IMG/VR virus record: IMGVR_UViG_3300040751_002893
Coordinates: 1-64,000 of that record
Reading direction: 5' to 3' (one strand)
DNA length: 64,000 nucleotides
DNA from: a virus
This document shows positions 40,706 to 50,019 of this stretch, piece by piece. Made by a program: the position numbers and the translations under genes. Numbering within the stretch: the stretch's first letter is position 1; each line of letters opens with the position of its first letter. The notes beneath the pieces were generated by a model. The model worked only from the letters and a program-made list of their open reading frames with translations. It did not search any database and was not told where the DNA came from.

Positions 40706-40734
40706 TTGACAATAAGAGTAATATATGTTATAAT
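40706..40734 (+). promoter_or_regulatory. Perfect sigma70 consensus promoter on the gene-free strand
   Basis: TTGACA-17bp-TATAAT in AT-rich gap, pointing into 3' end of 40751..41599. Confidence 0.6.
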
Positions 40735-40750
40735 ATATATGTTGTTGTTT

Positions 40751-41599
40751 TTATGCTTCAGGAGATTCTGGTTCATCTACAGTATTCTGAAGTTCAGATT
40801 CGAATTTATCGAAGTAAAGTTTTGTATTTGTCAGGAGGTAATCAATGAAAACTTCTTTATCCTTAAGGTTAGCTAGCATATCGAAAGCATCCAAGATATA
40901 TTGGGAGATCTTTCTAAATGTAGTGTATGCCATGTTCCTACCGGTTTCATCCATACCTTCAAGTCCAGCACCGAAGTCTGATTTTTCATCTGGTTCTTCG
41001 TCTGGTTCAACGTTTAGTTTCTTTTCATCATCAGATTTATCTTGTGGATCTTCATCTGCATCTACAATATCAATTTCTGCTTCTTCAAGTGCTTCAAGTT
41101 CAGCATCCAAGTCACCTTGGGCTTCTGTTTCTTCAAAATCAACTTCTGCTTCATCTGCTACTTCTTCTTCACCTTCAAGGTTAGTAGGCTCAGAGAGTAA
41201 TGTACCACCAGAACCATACTTAGCATTGTTCATAGAAGGCTTAACAGAGTCTTCCATTGCTTTCAAAATGTGGGCACGAAATGAATCTCTTTGGGCTTTA
41301 TCAGTTGTAAGGCGTTTGTAGTCAGTACGAAGAGTGGGAATAGCTTTCTTAAGAACATCTTCAAGTGTATTGATAGCAGTAGATCGATGAGGATGAACAT
41401 CAGAGATATCACCTTCTCTAAGAAGAGAACGAATAATCTTACGAAGTTCATATTCTTTTTGTTCTTGTTCTCGGATAACTTTAGATATCTTCTTTCGGAT
41501 ATATTCTCGTAATACTTTTTCTTCTTCGTTCATTTCTTCTTCCTTTGCTAAATCTAAGAATTCTTGGAGACTGTTGATCTCAACAATATTATCTTCCAC
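40751..41599 (-). CDS. Acidic hypothetical, probable head-associated protein
   Basis: LREYIRKKI / LRKIIRSLLRE helices and acidic linker. Confidence 0.6.
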   Translation of the reverse strand: MEDNIVEINSLQEFLDLAKEEEMNEEEKVLREYIRKKISKVIREQEQKEYELRKIIRSLLREGDISDVHPHRSTAINTLEDVLKKAIPTLRTDYKRLTTDKAQRDSFRAHILKAMEDSVKPSMNNAKYGSGGTLLSEPTNLEGEEEVADEAEVDFEETEAQGDLDAELEALEEAEIDIVDADEDPQDKSDDEKKLNVEPDEEPDEKSDFGAGLEGMDETGRNMAYTTFRKISQYILDAFDMLANLKDKEVFIDYLLTNTKLYFDKFESELQNTVDEPESPEA

Positions 41600-41601
41600 G
41601 T

Positions 41602-42420
41602 TTACTTCCTTTTCAATTCAGAAAGAATGAGTTTGCGAATAACACCACGAAGTTTTGATTCGGTCATGCCTTCTTTTTTTGCTTTTTTACCTTTACGCAA
41701 AGCAGCAAAGTCTTTCGCATCAGGCTTACCAGTATGTGGCTCTTCAACATCTAAAGGATGTTCTTTTGCCTCTTTGACATCATCACATTTACAAGGAGCA
41801 CTCTCACACTTTGGGCACTCTTCGCCTTCGTTAAGCTCTTCCTCATACATATCTTTTTTGCTTCCACAAGAAGCCTCATTCAATTGGCTAAGATCCATCT
41901 TGAATCCAAACTTATGAGAAACGTTTTCCATAAGTTCATTGTTTTTCCATTTTTTAGTAGACATAGTTTTAATTCTCCATTCGTTATAAATAGTAGGTTT
42001 TGACTCTTTTAAGCCATCTTCCCAATCACGAAAACACATATTTCCTTTTAGATACGCTTCTTTCTCTGATTGTCTTAGATCTTTATTTTTTTGAGCATAT
42101 CCTTCACCATGATACCCACTATCATTTAGCATACCGTTTTCGTTTTGCGTATGATGCACCAACTCATGAGCAAGTGAACGGAGAATATCTTTTGTGTGAC
42201 GGTTATCTGTATAGATTGTAACAGCCATTCCTTGTGGGTCATAATATGCTGTCTTACCAAGAGGCTTCGAAGCATTCTCTCCATCTGAGACCAAATGCAA
42301 AGTTGGAGGTCTCTTGAAACCAAAACGCTCTTGAGCAAATCCACCAAGGTCATGGAAGAGTTCTTCTGTTTGAGACAAGTCCATACCGCATTTATTTTTA
42401 ATTTTAAAAAAGTTTTTCAT
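41602..42420 (-). CDS. HEXXH metallopeptidase-like protein
   Basis: DILRSLAHELVHHTQ...EKEAY. Confidence 0.7.
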   Translation of the reverse strand: MKNFFKIKNKCGMDLSQTEELFHDLGGFAQERFGFKRPPTLHLVSDGENASKPLGKTAYYDPQGMAVTIYTDNRHTKDILRSLAHELVHHTQNENGMLNDSGYHGEGYAQKNKDLRQSEKEAYLKGNMCFRDWEDGLKESKPTIYNEWRIKTMSTKKWKNNELMENVSHKFGFKMDLSQLNEASCGSKKDMYEEELNEGEECPKCESAPCKCDDVKEAKEHPLDVEEPHTGKPDAKDFAALRKGKKAKKEGMTESKLRGVIRKLILSELKRK

Positions 42421-42423
42421 ATC

Positions 42424-42681
42424 TTAAATAGTTCCTTTAGTTAGAAGGTGTAATGAAAGCTCCCTTGTTCTTGAAGAACCAAAAGGTAAAACCTCAGCTA
42501 CCCATACAGATCTTTCGTTATATAAATTTTTTTTTATTTTGATATCGATGACCGCACCATAGTGCAAAACAGATGAGTAACCTAAATTTTCAATATAGTC
42601 CCATTCATTCCATTGAACGATATCGCCAACTTGAAATTCATCTTTATAACACTCCATAAATGGCTTGTCACTCGTCTTCAT
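42424..42681 (-). CDS. Small KOW/SH3-like hypothetical protein
   Basis: FQVGDIVQW...GAVIDI. Confidence 0.5.
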   Translation of the reverse strand: MKTSDKPFMECYKDEFQVGDIVQWNEWDYIENLGYSSVLHYGAVIDIKIKKNLYNERSVWVAEVLPFGSSRTRELSLHLLTKGTI

Positions 42682-43009
42682 TTCTTACAGTCTTTTTGCA
42701 TTCATCGTTATACCAAATGTGTTCAACACAATTTCCATCCGGATCAAATGTATATACACCAATGGTTCCATCTCGGTGTTCTACCCTCTCTCCAACTTGG
42801 GGTAAATCTTCCTTATTATCCACAAGAATTCCGATATGAGCATAGGGGTAACGATGTTTGCTTATGAGAGCTACCGTTGAGTTGTTGAAACGCATTCTAC
42901 GATAAAAACTATCGGAAAATTCACAAATTGCATCAAGCTTTTCTTCATACCAAGCTTGTGCTGCGTCTAAATCATCTACTAATAATGCTACGTGGTCAAT
43001 TGTTTTCAT
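42668..43009 (-). CDS. VOC/glyoxalase family protein
   Basis: IDHVALLVDDL..A..WY; HIGI; Y..DPDGN.VE. Confidence 0.88.
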   Translation of the reverse strand: MKTIDHVALLVDDLDAAQAWYEEKLDAICEFSDSFYRRMRFNNSTVALISKHRYPYAHIGILVDNKEDLPQVGERVEHRDGTIGVYTFDPDGNCVEHIWYNDECKKTVRNEDE

Positions 43010-43036
43010 AGAACTATCCTAGTCCTGCCAATCAGG

Positions 43037-43447
43037 TCAGGTCTCCATTAAATAAGCGTCTTCGTCATCGATTTCATATGCTTCTTCACCGTTCATAACC
43101 ATCATTGGTTCAGCATCCGGCAACATGCTTTGGATTTCTTCTTCAGAGTCTTCTGAATCTTCACAATCGTCTGGATCTTCCATGTCAAGGCCCATTTCAT
43201 ACTCAAGATAATGCTTTACCTTTCCGAGATACTCAGAAGCAATTGTGATCTTACTTTGAACCCACGCTTCAAGCTGTGTTTCGTCTTCTAGGGCATCATG
43301 AAGCATCATAGCATACTTAGCCATCTTATAAAGTTGAGATTTGGCCATTCCACCTTCTTCATCGACATGATCCATATGCTTTTTATCATCAAGCATCATC
43401 ATTTCTTCATTTATTATTTGTTTAAGTTTATTTTCGTTTAATTTCAT
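43037..43447 (-). CDS. Probable head-internal protein
   Basis: MKLNENKLKQIINEE leader; EGGMAKSQL...LEAWVQSKIT.A..YL motif. Confidence 0.7.
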   Translation of the reverse strand: MKLNENKLKQIINEEMMMLDDKKHMDHVDEEGGMAKSQLYKMAKYAMMLHDALEDETQLEAWVQSKITIASEYLGKVKHYLEYEMGLDMEDPDDCEDSEDSEEEIQSMLPDAEPMMVMNGEEAYEIDDEDAYLMET

Positions 43448-43582
43448 CAATCATTCCTATTATGGTCATGAGAGCCAAGAAACAAAGGAATAACAAGGTT
43501 GCAATCATAAGTTCAGGGCCAATAAGCACGAATAATACCAAAAATATCATCAATGCTATAGATAAATAGATAAAAGAGTACA

Positions 43583-43897
43583 TTAGTTAAACCCCATATC
43601 TATAATTTCTTCTTTTGGAATAAGAAATACGTTGCCACTATTGAAATTGTATGGAGAATATACATAATATTGCCCTTTTTCTGTCTGTTGCCATGGAAGT
43701 AGATACATTTCTGCTCTTGGATGCAGCAATTCGAACTTTTTATTCATAAAAGACCAATAATATGTCTCTTTTTTACCCTTCAAACGCACAGGTTGCAATA
43801 AATTACCATTTTTTGACTTCAAGAAAGCCTGCATCTTAAGGGCTAATTGCTCTGCATCGGGGTCCAAAGGACGCTCAAAATCATCAAAATTCATCAT
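43583..43897 (-). CDS. Hypothetical protein
   Basis: ORF coupled to upstream gene. Confidence 0.6.
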   Translation of the reverse strand: MMNFDDFERPLDPDAEQLALKMQAFLKSKNGNLLQPVRLKGKKETYYWSFMNKKFELLHPRAEMYLLPWQQTEKGQYYVYSPYNFNSGNVFLIPKEEIIDMGFN

Positions 43898-44931
43898 TTT
43901 TTCCTTATTTTTAGTGTTTTTTTGGGCTCTTTTCCTTCTCCAATTGCTCCAAAACCGGGAGGAGCGGACTTAGAACGGGTCATTTTTGGTCTTTTATGAC
44001 CTTTTCCACCGCCAAAATGCTTATTTTTGCCCAATCCAATGAGTTTTTTCTTCATATTACTGTGTTTTTTCTTCATTTTTAGCTGATAAACCTCAGTTTC
44101 AGCCAGTATTTCGTCTTGAACACTCAATTCATCGTATGCTTTACGTAGATTTGTGGTAGATTTGGCTAGTTTTCCTTCAATTTCATCCAATGTAAGCCAC
44201 TTATAGTCAATATTTTCGACGTGATCTTGCAAATCAAGCCTAACATGGGGTGAAATATCGTCAATTCTGCTCAAAAACATGTGAATTTTGTGTGTGAGAC
44301 CCTTATGATTGAAGTCATATACCATAAATTCCTTCAAAAAAGGCACCATTATGCCTGTTTCTTCGAAAACTTCACGTTCTGTACCGTCATCTAGGCCCTG
44401 TTGACCCCTTGCAATCTCTATATTCTTGAGATGACCACCTGGTAAGTCCCATAAATGACCTTCATCTGACCTCTGGAGTATCAAAATACGCCCAGATTTA
44501 TCATATATCACTGCTTTTCCGACTGTTTCACTGTCTTTGTAGTCGTCTAGAGGTTGAATTATCTCATATTTGGCTTCCAAAGCATCAAAATGTTCCTCAA
44601 TTGAGTCATCATAATGCTTTTCAACGCCTAAATTGTGTAAAATATCGACTTTTTTACCTCCAGCAGTGAAAATAACCCTGTCTGGCCAGAAATATTCCTT
44701 CAATCCGAGCTTTTCAAGGTGTTTTTCAACCGTTTGATCAGGAAAATACTGCTCATAGTCCTCTGTTCTTGCTGTGACGATGTAGATATCGTCTCCATTC
44801 TTGATATGTTTCTTAATTTTTTTGATAATCTTGTCATTATACGACTGAAACACAGGAACAGGCTTCTCTTGTATGTAGGTCATGAAGCCCATTGCAATAG
44901 TATTATCAAAATCAAAGCTAATTTTTTTCAT
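43894..44931 (-). CDS. HAD + Nudix hydrolase fusion
   Basis: ISFDFDNTI...IVTAR...HYDD, then WDLPGGH...REVFEETG. Confidence 0.8.
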   Translation of the reverse strand: MKKISFDFDNTIAMGFMTYIQEKPVPVFQSYNDKIIKKIKKHIKNGDDIYIVTARTEDYEQYFPDQTVEKHLEKLGLKEYFWPDRVIFTAGGKKVDILHNLGVEKHYDDSIEEHFDALEAKYEIIQPLDDYKDSETVGKAVIYDKSGRILILQRSDEGHLWDLPGGHLKNIEIARGQQGLDDGTEREVFEETGIMVPFLKEFMVYDFNHKGLTHKIHMFLSRIDDISPHVRLDLQDHVENIDYKWLTLDEIEGKLAKSTTNLRKAYDELSVQDEILAETEVYQLKMKKKHSNMKKKLIGLGKNKHFGGGKGHKRPKMTRSKSAPPGFGAIGEGKEPKKTLKIRKK

Positions 44932-44938
44932 TTTTTAC

Positions 44939-44967
44939 TTGACATCCTTTAGTTTATATGTTATATT
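44939..44967 (+). promoter_or_regulatory. sigma70-type promoter on gene-free strand, facing the promoter at 45012-45040
   Basis: TTGACA-17bp-TATATT with extended -10. Confidence 0.5.
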
Positions 44968-45011
44968 ATATATATGAGTTATATTATATAGTTTTTTTGT
45001 TGTGTATTAGT

Positions 45012-45040
45012 AATATAACATGTTTTAGGGGGTTTGTCAA
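45012..45040 (-). promoter_or_regulatory. sigma70-type promoter
   Basis: TTGACA-17bp-TATATT. Confidence 0.65.
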
Positions 45041-45052
45041 TGTTTTTTTCGT

Positions 45053-46150
45053 TTATTTTCGGAACATTCCGAGGTCTACTATTACTATATCACCAGTTTG
45101 AGGGCGAATCATGACATTTTTGTCATGCATATCATATGCACCAAGACCAGTAATGTCTTTTAGGTCACTTATTGCCTTTTTGATGCTTTCTATTTCTTTG
45201 AAAACTTTCCATTGCTCTTCAAACTCTGGTCCTTTATCTTCCCAGCCACTCCATCTGTCACCAGAGCCATCCTTAAGTCCAACTGGGGAGTTTTTTCTAA
45301 ACCACTCTATCCAATATGCAATTATATTCTCATGATATTGTGCAAAAAGCATTTTATTTTCATGTTGAAACAAAGCGTCTAACTGTTCGATGATAAAGGT
45401 TAGCATCCATGGAGCACTTTGAAACATTTCTTTAGTTTTACCTGTTCTCCAGTTATTTATGTATGTTAATGCTGTATCAGATAATGGAAGGATGTTTAAA
45501 AGCTGCAATGCTTTTTCGCTATATTCTTTATTGGAGACATATGAATCTAAATAAGTGAAAAATTTCTTCATAGGAGTCATTAAAAAGTCTAATTCTGGCC
45601 TCATATAGTTGTAAAACTGCTGTATAATAGAGTCTTGTGACTCTTTATCTTTAAACATCATATAGTATCTGTTTTCACGACTCCTGAAAGTTGAATCATA
45701 ATCCGCAGCAACCTCTTTTTCATCCTCGGATGGTCTTAGTGCTGTGTTTAGACCGCCAAAAAGCATACTAATCATTTCATGTTGTAGTCCTTGCTCTACG
45801 CCTAGAATTTCCATTATGATTAATGTAATATCTGGGTGTGAATTTTCATCTATATAATAAACTTCAGGAAAATGTTTTTTGATATTTGGAGATTTACTTC
45901 TGGCATCGTTAACTATTCTATAGTTTTCTGCCTCTCTTTGAGTATTGTAATCAGAAGAATCTAAAATCTTAATAGCAACAGGGCCGTATTCGTCAGATAT
46001 ACCCTCTACTACTAAGCCATAACGCCCCTCTCCTAATTTTTTTCCGATGTCAATATTATATTTCGATGACAATATAGGAGATGCTTGCTGTTCTTTTGTG
46101 CTTTGTTGAGATACTGACTCTGATAGTAGTTTTTTAATCTTTATTTTCAT
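45053..46150 (-). CDS. Atypical Ser/Thr protein kinase-like protein
   Basis: LGEGRYG.V, VAIKI, RE, IIME, DMHDKNVM, VDLG. Confidence 0.75.
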   Translation of the reverse strand: MKIKIKKLLSESVSQQSTKEQQASPILSSKYNIDIGKKLGEGRYGLVVEGISDEYGPVAIKILDSSDYNTQREAENYRIVNDARSKSPNIKKHFPEVYYIDENSHPDITLIIMEILGVEQGLQHEMISMLFGGLNTALRPSEDEKEVAADYDSTFRSRENRYYMMFKDKESQDSIIQQFYNYMRPELDFLMTPMKKFFTYLDSYVSNKEYSEKALQLLNILPLSDTALTYINNWRTGKTKEMFQSAPWMLTFIIEQLDALFQHENKMLFAQYHENIIAYWIEWFRKNSPVGLKDGSGDRWSGWEDKGPEFEEQWKVFKEIESIKKAISDLKDITGLGAYDMHDKNVMIRPQTGDIVIVDLGMFRK

Positions 46151-46154
46151 TTAT

Positions 46155-46574
46155 TTATCCTTTTTGTTGATCTTGACTGCGAAAATATGGACTTGGTTTG
46201 AAGTTTTGAAGTCCTTGGCGTGTATATCTTATACGAACATAGCGTTTATGTCCTTCAGGAGAGCGTTCATGAGGTATTTGACCGCTTCCTGCACCCATCA
46301 TAGCACCAGAAGTTGAATATAATTCATCAATTTTTTTGGAATGCTCTGTATCTTTGCACATTTCTTCTGCTTCTTTCTTTGATAGACCTTCTGGTCGCTC
46401 ATCTGCTGGCTTATCCATCATAGCACACATGTATTTTCTTTGCTTTTCGCTGGAAACTTCTTCCAGATCTTCTCTAGGAGCACCAGCAACTGCACCAGCA
46501 CCCATAGCAGACATTTCATCTAACTTTTTTTTCTTTATAATTCTTATTTTCACTTTAATTTTACCCCAGACCAC
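46155..46574 (-). CDS. Probable head-internal protein
   Basis: LDE/LEE/IDE sites; SEKQRKYMCA motif; start uncertain. Confidence 0.55.
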   Translation of the reverse strand: MVWGKIKVKIRIIKKKKLDEMSAMGAGAVAGAPREDLEEVSSEKQRKYMCAMMDKPADERPEGLSKKEAEEMCKDTEHSKKIDELYSTSGAMMGAGSGQIPHERSPEGHKRYVRIRYTRQGLQNFKPSPYFRSQDQQKG

Positions 46575-47119
46575 AGTCTAAAACTGACTTGCTCAAAAGA
46601 AGTGTTGAAAATTCTGTATGGTATCTCCCATTTCAGAGGCATTTCTTCTTTTGGTTTATGAAACCCACCTTCAAATACTGTTATCTCTTGCTGTTTTATC
46701 CAATTTATCACTTTTTTGTTGGATATTTCGGCCGATGTTATGACTTGACCGTTCTTACCATAGAGAGTTTGAGACACCAATCCCTCTTCTTCGTTCAAGT
46801 GGAGAACAGTTCTTACATAATAATGGTTATTCTTGACAGAACACATCAACGGATCGTCATTGTAGTCACAATTATCTTTCTTATATTTGATTGTGTCTTT
46901 GTTGTATACCAATGCATTACCAGAATCACCAATCATTTCCCAACCATATTGAGATTTGACTTTAGCAAATTTAACATGACGGGAAACATTGGCGAAAGGA
47001 AGCTCAGAGGAGGTCGAATTAACAACTCTTGTACCATTAGAGTATGTTTCTAAAGGAGATACATAAACGATGACCTCTTGAGCTATAACAAGGGAGAATA
47101 ATGAAAGTAGTAGTAACAT
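46550..47119 (-). CDS. Signal-peptide-bearing hypothetical protein
   Basis: Hydrophobic N-terminus MLLLLSLFSLVIA. Confidence 0.6.
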   Translation of the reverse strand: MLLLLSLFSLVIAQEVIVYVSPLETYSNGTRVVNSTSSELPFANVSRHVKFAKVKSQYGWEMIGDSGNALVYNKDTIKYKKDNCDYNDDPLMCSVKNNHYYVRTVLHLNEEEGLVSQTLYGKNGQVITSAEISNKKVINWIKQQEITVFEGGFHKPKEEMPLKWEIPYRIFNTSFEQVSFRLWSGVKLK

Positions 47120-47126
47120 GCAATAA

Positions 47127-48059
47127 CTAGTAATAATATGCTATTTCAACCAATGACTCTTCGGGAGGAACAGTTAAAAAATAAACTCTGTTTTCTTGGA
47201 CATTATATTCCCAATCTGGCCACAAAACTCCATCAACAAACACTGTAATGCTTGCTTGAACAGTTGGAGTCATGCTGAGATCATACCATTCAGCCAATTG
47301 AAGTTGATTTGAAGCATCAGCAACACCCTGAGACCAGTCTTCCGAGCATATATCGATTATCTGTCCTGCATATAGGTTTGTCAAATCCATATATCTATTA
47401 CCAACATTATGACTGTAAGTGTTGCAAAGACTATCATCGATTGCAACATTAACAATAGAAGAGATGTATACATGTTCTCGGTAAGAGTCAAGCCATAATG
47501 AGAACATATTTAACATTGGAAACATTGTGTTTGACTGTTCTTCTTCATCGGACACAAATACAATCAACAAAGAGGCATCATCTCTCATCCAATTCTGCGA
47601 GTCTGGATTATCAACGATATAATTATATACACTTTCGAAACCTTTCTCTTGGCTGCCTATAACATTATCTGAGAACATAACAAGAGCATCCATTGTTGTA
47701 TCACCCGGTAACAAGGGGAATGAAGTTAAGATTTGACTATGAAATGGACTCATCGATATTATCATAAGCCTCCAACTTACATTAGGTAGATTGTTCATCA
47801 TATCATCGATACCAATTAAGACCTTATCGTAGTCATCTTGCATTGACCCTGAGCCGTCAATAACCCATATAATGTCAACACCATTTGATAGTTTTGGTTG
47901 AGAAAATGAATCGACCCATATTGGCTCTGCCTCCCCAGAGTCAACCTCCCCCGGAATATAGTTGTCTTGAATATAAACGTATTCGATTTGAGTATCCGCT
48001 TTCTCGTAAGTCAAGAAATGATCGGATAGACACCCCCATAGATATAATAATAACCACAT
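47127..48059 (-). CDS. VWA-domain putative lipoprotein
   Basis: WGC lipobox-like N-terminus; VDIIWVIDGSGSM (MIDAS DxSxS), IVFVSDEEEQS. Confidence 0.75.
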   Translation of the reverse strand: MWLLLYLWGCLSDHFLTYEKADTQIEYVYIQDNYIPGEVDSGEAEPIWVDSFSQPKLSNGVDIIWVIDGSGSMQDDYDKVLIGIDDMMNNLPNVSWRLMIISMSPFHSQILTSFPLLPGDTTMDALVMFSDNVIGSQEKGFESVYNYIVDNPDSQNWMRDDASLLIVFVSDEEEQSNTMFPMLNMFSLWLDSYREHVYISSIVNVAIDDSLCNTYSHNVGNRYMDLTNLYAGQIIDICSEDWSQGVADASNQLQLAEWYDLSMTPTVQASITVFVDGVLWPDWEYNVQENRVYFLTVPPEESLVEIAYYY

Positions 48060-48137
48060 AACATAAAACCCTCCTATAGTAACTAGGAAGGCATTTATCT
48101 AAGCGGAGCATCGCGCCCTAAATTTTTCTACTTTTAT

Positions 48138-48635
48138 CTAGTAATTAATTAAAAAATTAAAAAATCTTTCAAATTGTTCTTCAGTGCCGTATGTTAATAG
48201 AAATTTTTCCAAAGTCATCTCAGGTAAGACTTCACCACCAGCCCAAAATTCTAAAGGCTTTGAATTTGCTTTTTTTCTAATCCATGGGGAATATTTTGTG
48301 CAAGACATCCACATCTCAATTAAACCATCGACTTGTTGCGGTTTTATAGCAGACCAGTCAGGGGCTTCTATCGTCATTAAATAAGCATTTGATACTTTAA
48401 TCCAGCCATCAGGTGTCCAATCTAAACCTACACTTTCTAAATAATCCCCATGCGTATATGCAACATTTATTCTTTTTTGGTATTCGGTCGCAAATGATTC
48501 TAAATCTATAAAGTTTCCTTCCAGATCTATAAAGCCGAGAGAGTGAACAGCGCAAGAATCTCTATCAACTTCTTTAAGGGCTTTGCGAAGTTCTTCTTTT
48601 ATGATTTGTTTTATTTGTTTGTTCGTTAATTTCAT
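48138..48635 (-). CDS. Protein with MKLTNKQIKQIIKEEL leader
   Basis: Shared N-terminal motif. Confidence 0.75.
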   Translation of the reverse strand: MKLTNKQIKQIIKEELRKALKEVDRDSCAVHSLGFIDLEGNFIDLESFATEYQKRINVAYTHGDYLESVGLDWTPDGWIKVSNAYLMTIEAPDWSAIKPQQVDGLIEMWMSCTKYSPWIRKKANSKPLEFWAGGEVLPEMTLEKFLLTYGTEEQFERFFNFLINY

Positions 48636-48657
48636 GGTATTTAATTTTTATTAATTT

Positions 48658-49029
48658 TTAAAAAGGAGGTTCTTCGTCGATCTCTTTTTGGTCATATCCT
48701 TGGTATTCAAACTTAATATCTTCGGCTATATTTATCAACCGCTCCAATCCGGACATTCCACGAGACTCTTGGTATTCATATATAGCATCCGCCAACATGT
48801 CAACAAGTTGTTTTCTATGTGAGTCTTTGTGGTCTCCGAGGATTGACCTTTCATTATGTAATATAATAGCATTTTTTTTCATGGTGCTCATTATGGTTTG
48901 ATAATTTGCAGTCATTGCAGCAGACAAGATATCATCAATAAAATCAAGCATAGGGTTACGAACTTCGTTAAGGACTTTGCGAAGTTCTTCGTTGATAATT
49001 TGTCTTAGTAAATTTTTGCTTATATTCAT
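48658..49029 (-). CDS. Protein with MNISKNLLRQIINEEL leader
   Basis: Shared N-terminal motif. Confidence 0.75.
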   Translation of the reverse strand: MNISKNLLRQIINEELRKVLNEVRNPMLDFIDDILSAAMTANYQTIMSTMKKNAIILHNERSILGDHKDSHRKQLVDMLADAIYEYQESRGMSGLERLINIAEDIKFEYQGYDQKEIDEEPPF

Positions 49030-49364
49030 CGATATCTCTTCCAAGAAAACGCTTTGCGACGCACGGGGTATGTTGGGTCCTGATCGTTGGCGTAAGCCTC
49101 TTTTTCAAACGGAATATTGCGATATGCGCCATGAAATGACCTGAACTTCCATAGGCCAACAAGCCAATACCAGACATACAGTAAATAAAACCCAATCAAC
49201 AATAATTCGCGTTGCTGATGAAGGTGGATTATCTCATGTGTTTTTGTGCGCTGATCCAATTCGCCTTTGCAAATGATAAACGGATAGAGCGTTATCGCCC
49301 ATATGTTTATAAACAGCGAAAGCGCTTGGGGTATGCGGCTATTTTCTATAATATAAAACTTCAT
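49026..49364 (-). CDS. Small HEXXH membrane-associated protein
   Basis: AITLYPFI...HEIIHLHQQ...Y..IPFEKEAY. Confidence 0.7.
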   Translation of the reverse strand: MKFYIIENSRIPQALSLFINIWAITLYPFIICKGELDQRTKTHEIIHLHQQRELLLIGFYLLYVWYWLVGLWKFRSFHGAYRNIPFEKEAYANDQDPTYPVRRKAFSWKRYR

Positions 49365-49778
49365 TTATTCTAAAGCTTTGCCGCTTTTAATGTTCGCAAT
49401 GTATTCTTCTGTTTTTTCTATAGCATCTTGTATTTGCTTGTCATACATCAAACCTCTTTCTGAGTCTGGCATGTCTTCTTTTTGTTTACGAAGCTGTTGT
49501 AGGGTTTTTTCTGCATCTGCAAGATTCATTTTTCCTTTCTGTGAAGCTTCAGGGCGACCTGGGCTCATTCGTTCATCAGGAGGAAGCATGCCTCTACTTT
49601 TAAACTCATCTTCAATATCGCGCAACGTTCCAAATGATCTTGGGTCATCATCATAAGCATAGATATCATGTTGCTGCTTAAGTTCATCATCAGATAAGCC
49701 TTTAAGATTCATTTCTTTTAGAACAACTTGAAGCTCTTCCTTGATAAGTTGCTTAAGTGTTTGGTTTGTTAATTTCAT
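49365..49778 (-). CDS. Protein with MKLTNQTLKQLIKEEL leader
   Basis: Shared N-terminal motif; AGGAG RBS. Confidence 0.75.
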   Translation of the reverse strand: MKLTNQTLKQLIKEELQVVLKEMNLKGLSDDELKQQHDIYAYDDDPRSFGTLRDIEDEFKSRGMLPPDERMSPGRPEASQKGKMNLADAEKTLQQLRKQKEDMPDSERGLMYDKQIQDAIEKTEEYIANIKSGKALE

Positions 49779-50019
49779 TTGTATATCTCCTTGAAACTCG
49801 GAAATTTTTTCCCGATTTTTTTTTACACCTTAATTAGTCCTCCACTACATAAAGAGCCCACCCCCTTAAAAACCCAAATCTGGAAATTTTCTGTGTGTGG
49901 CGCGGGTGTATCTGGCCGCCGGCCGAAAAGCTAGGTTCTAAGCCACTTATTTCAAATCGGTATGCTCTAGGGGCAGGAGGAGGGGGACCCCCCCCTGCGC
50001 GAAAACGCGCTTTGAACCT

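Noticed and set aside
30-49656. Numerous short + strand ORFs in the track
   Set aside because: Antisense shadows of long minus-strand genes with no recognisable motifs.
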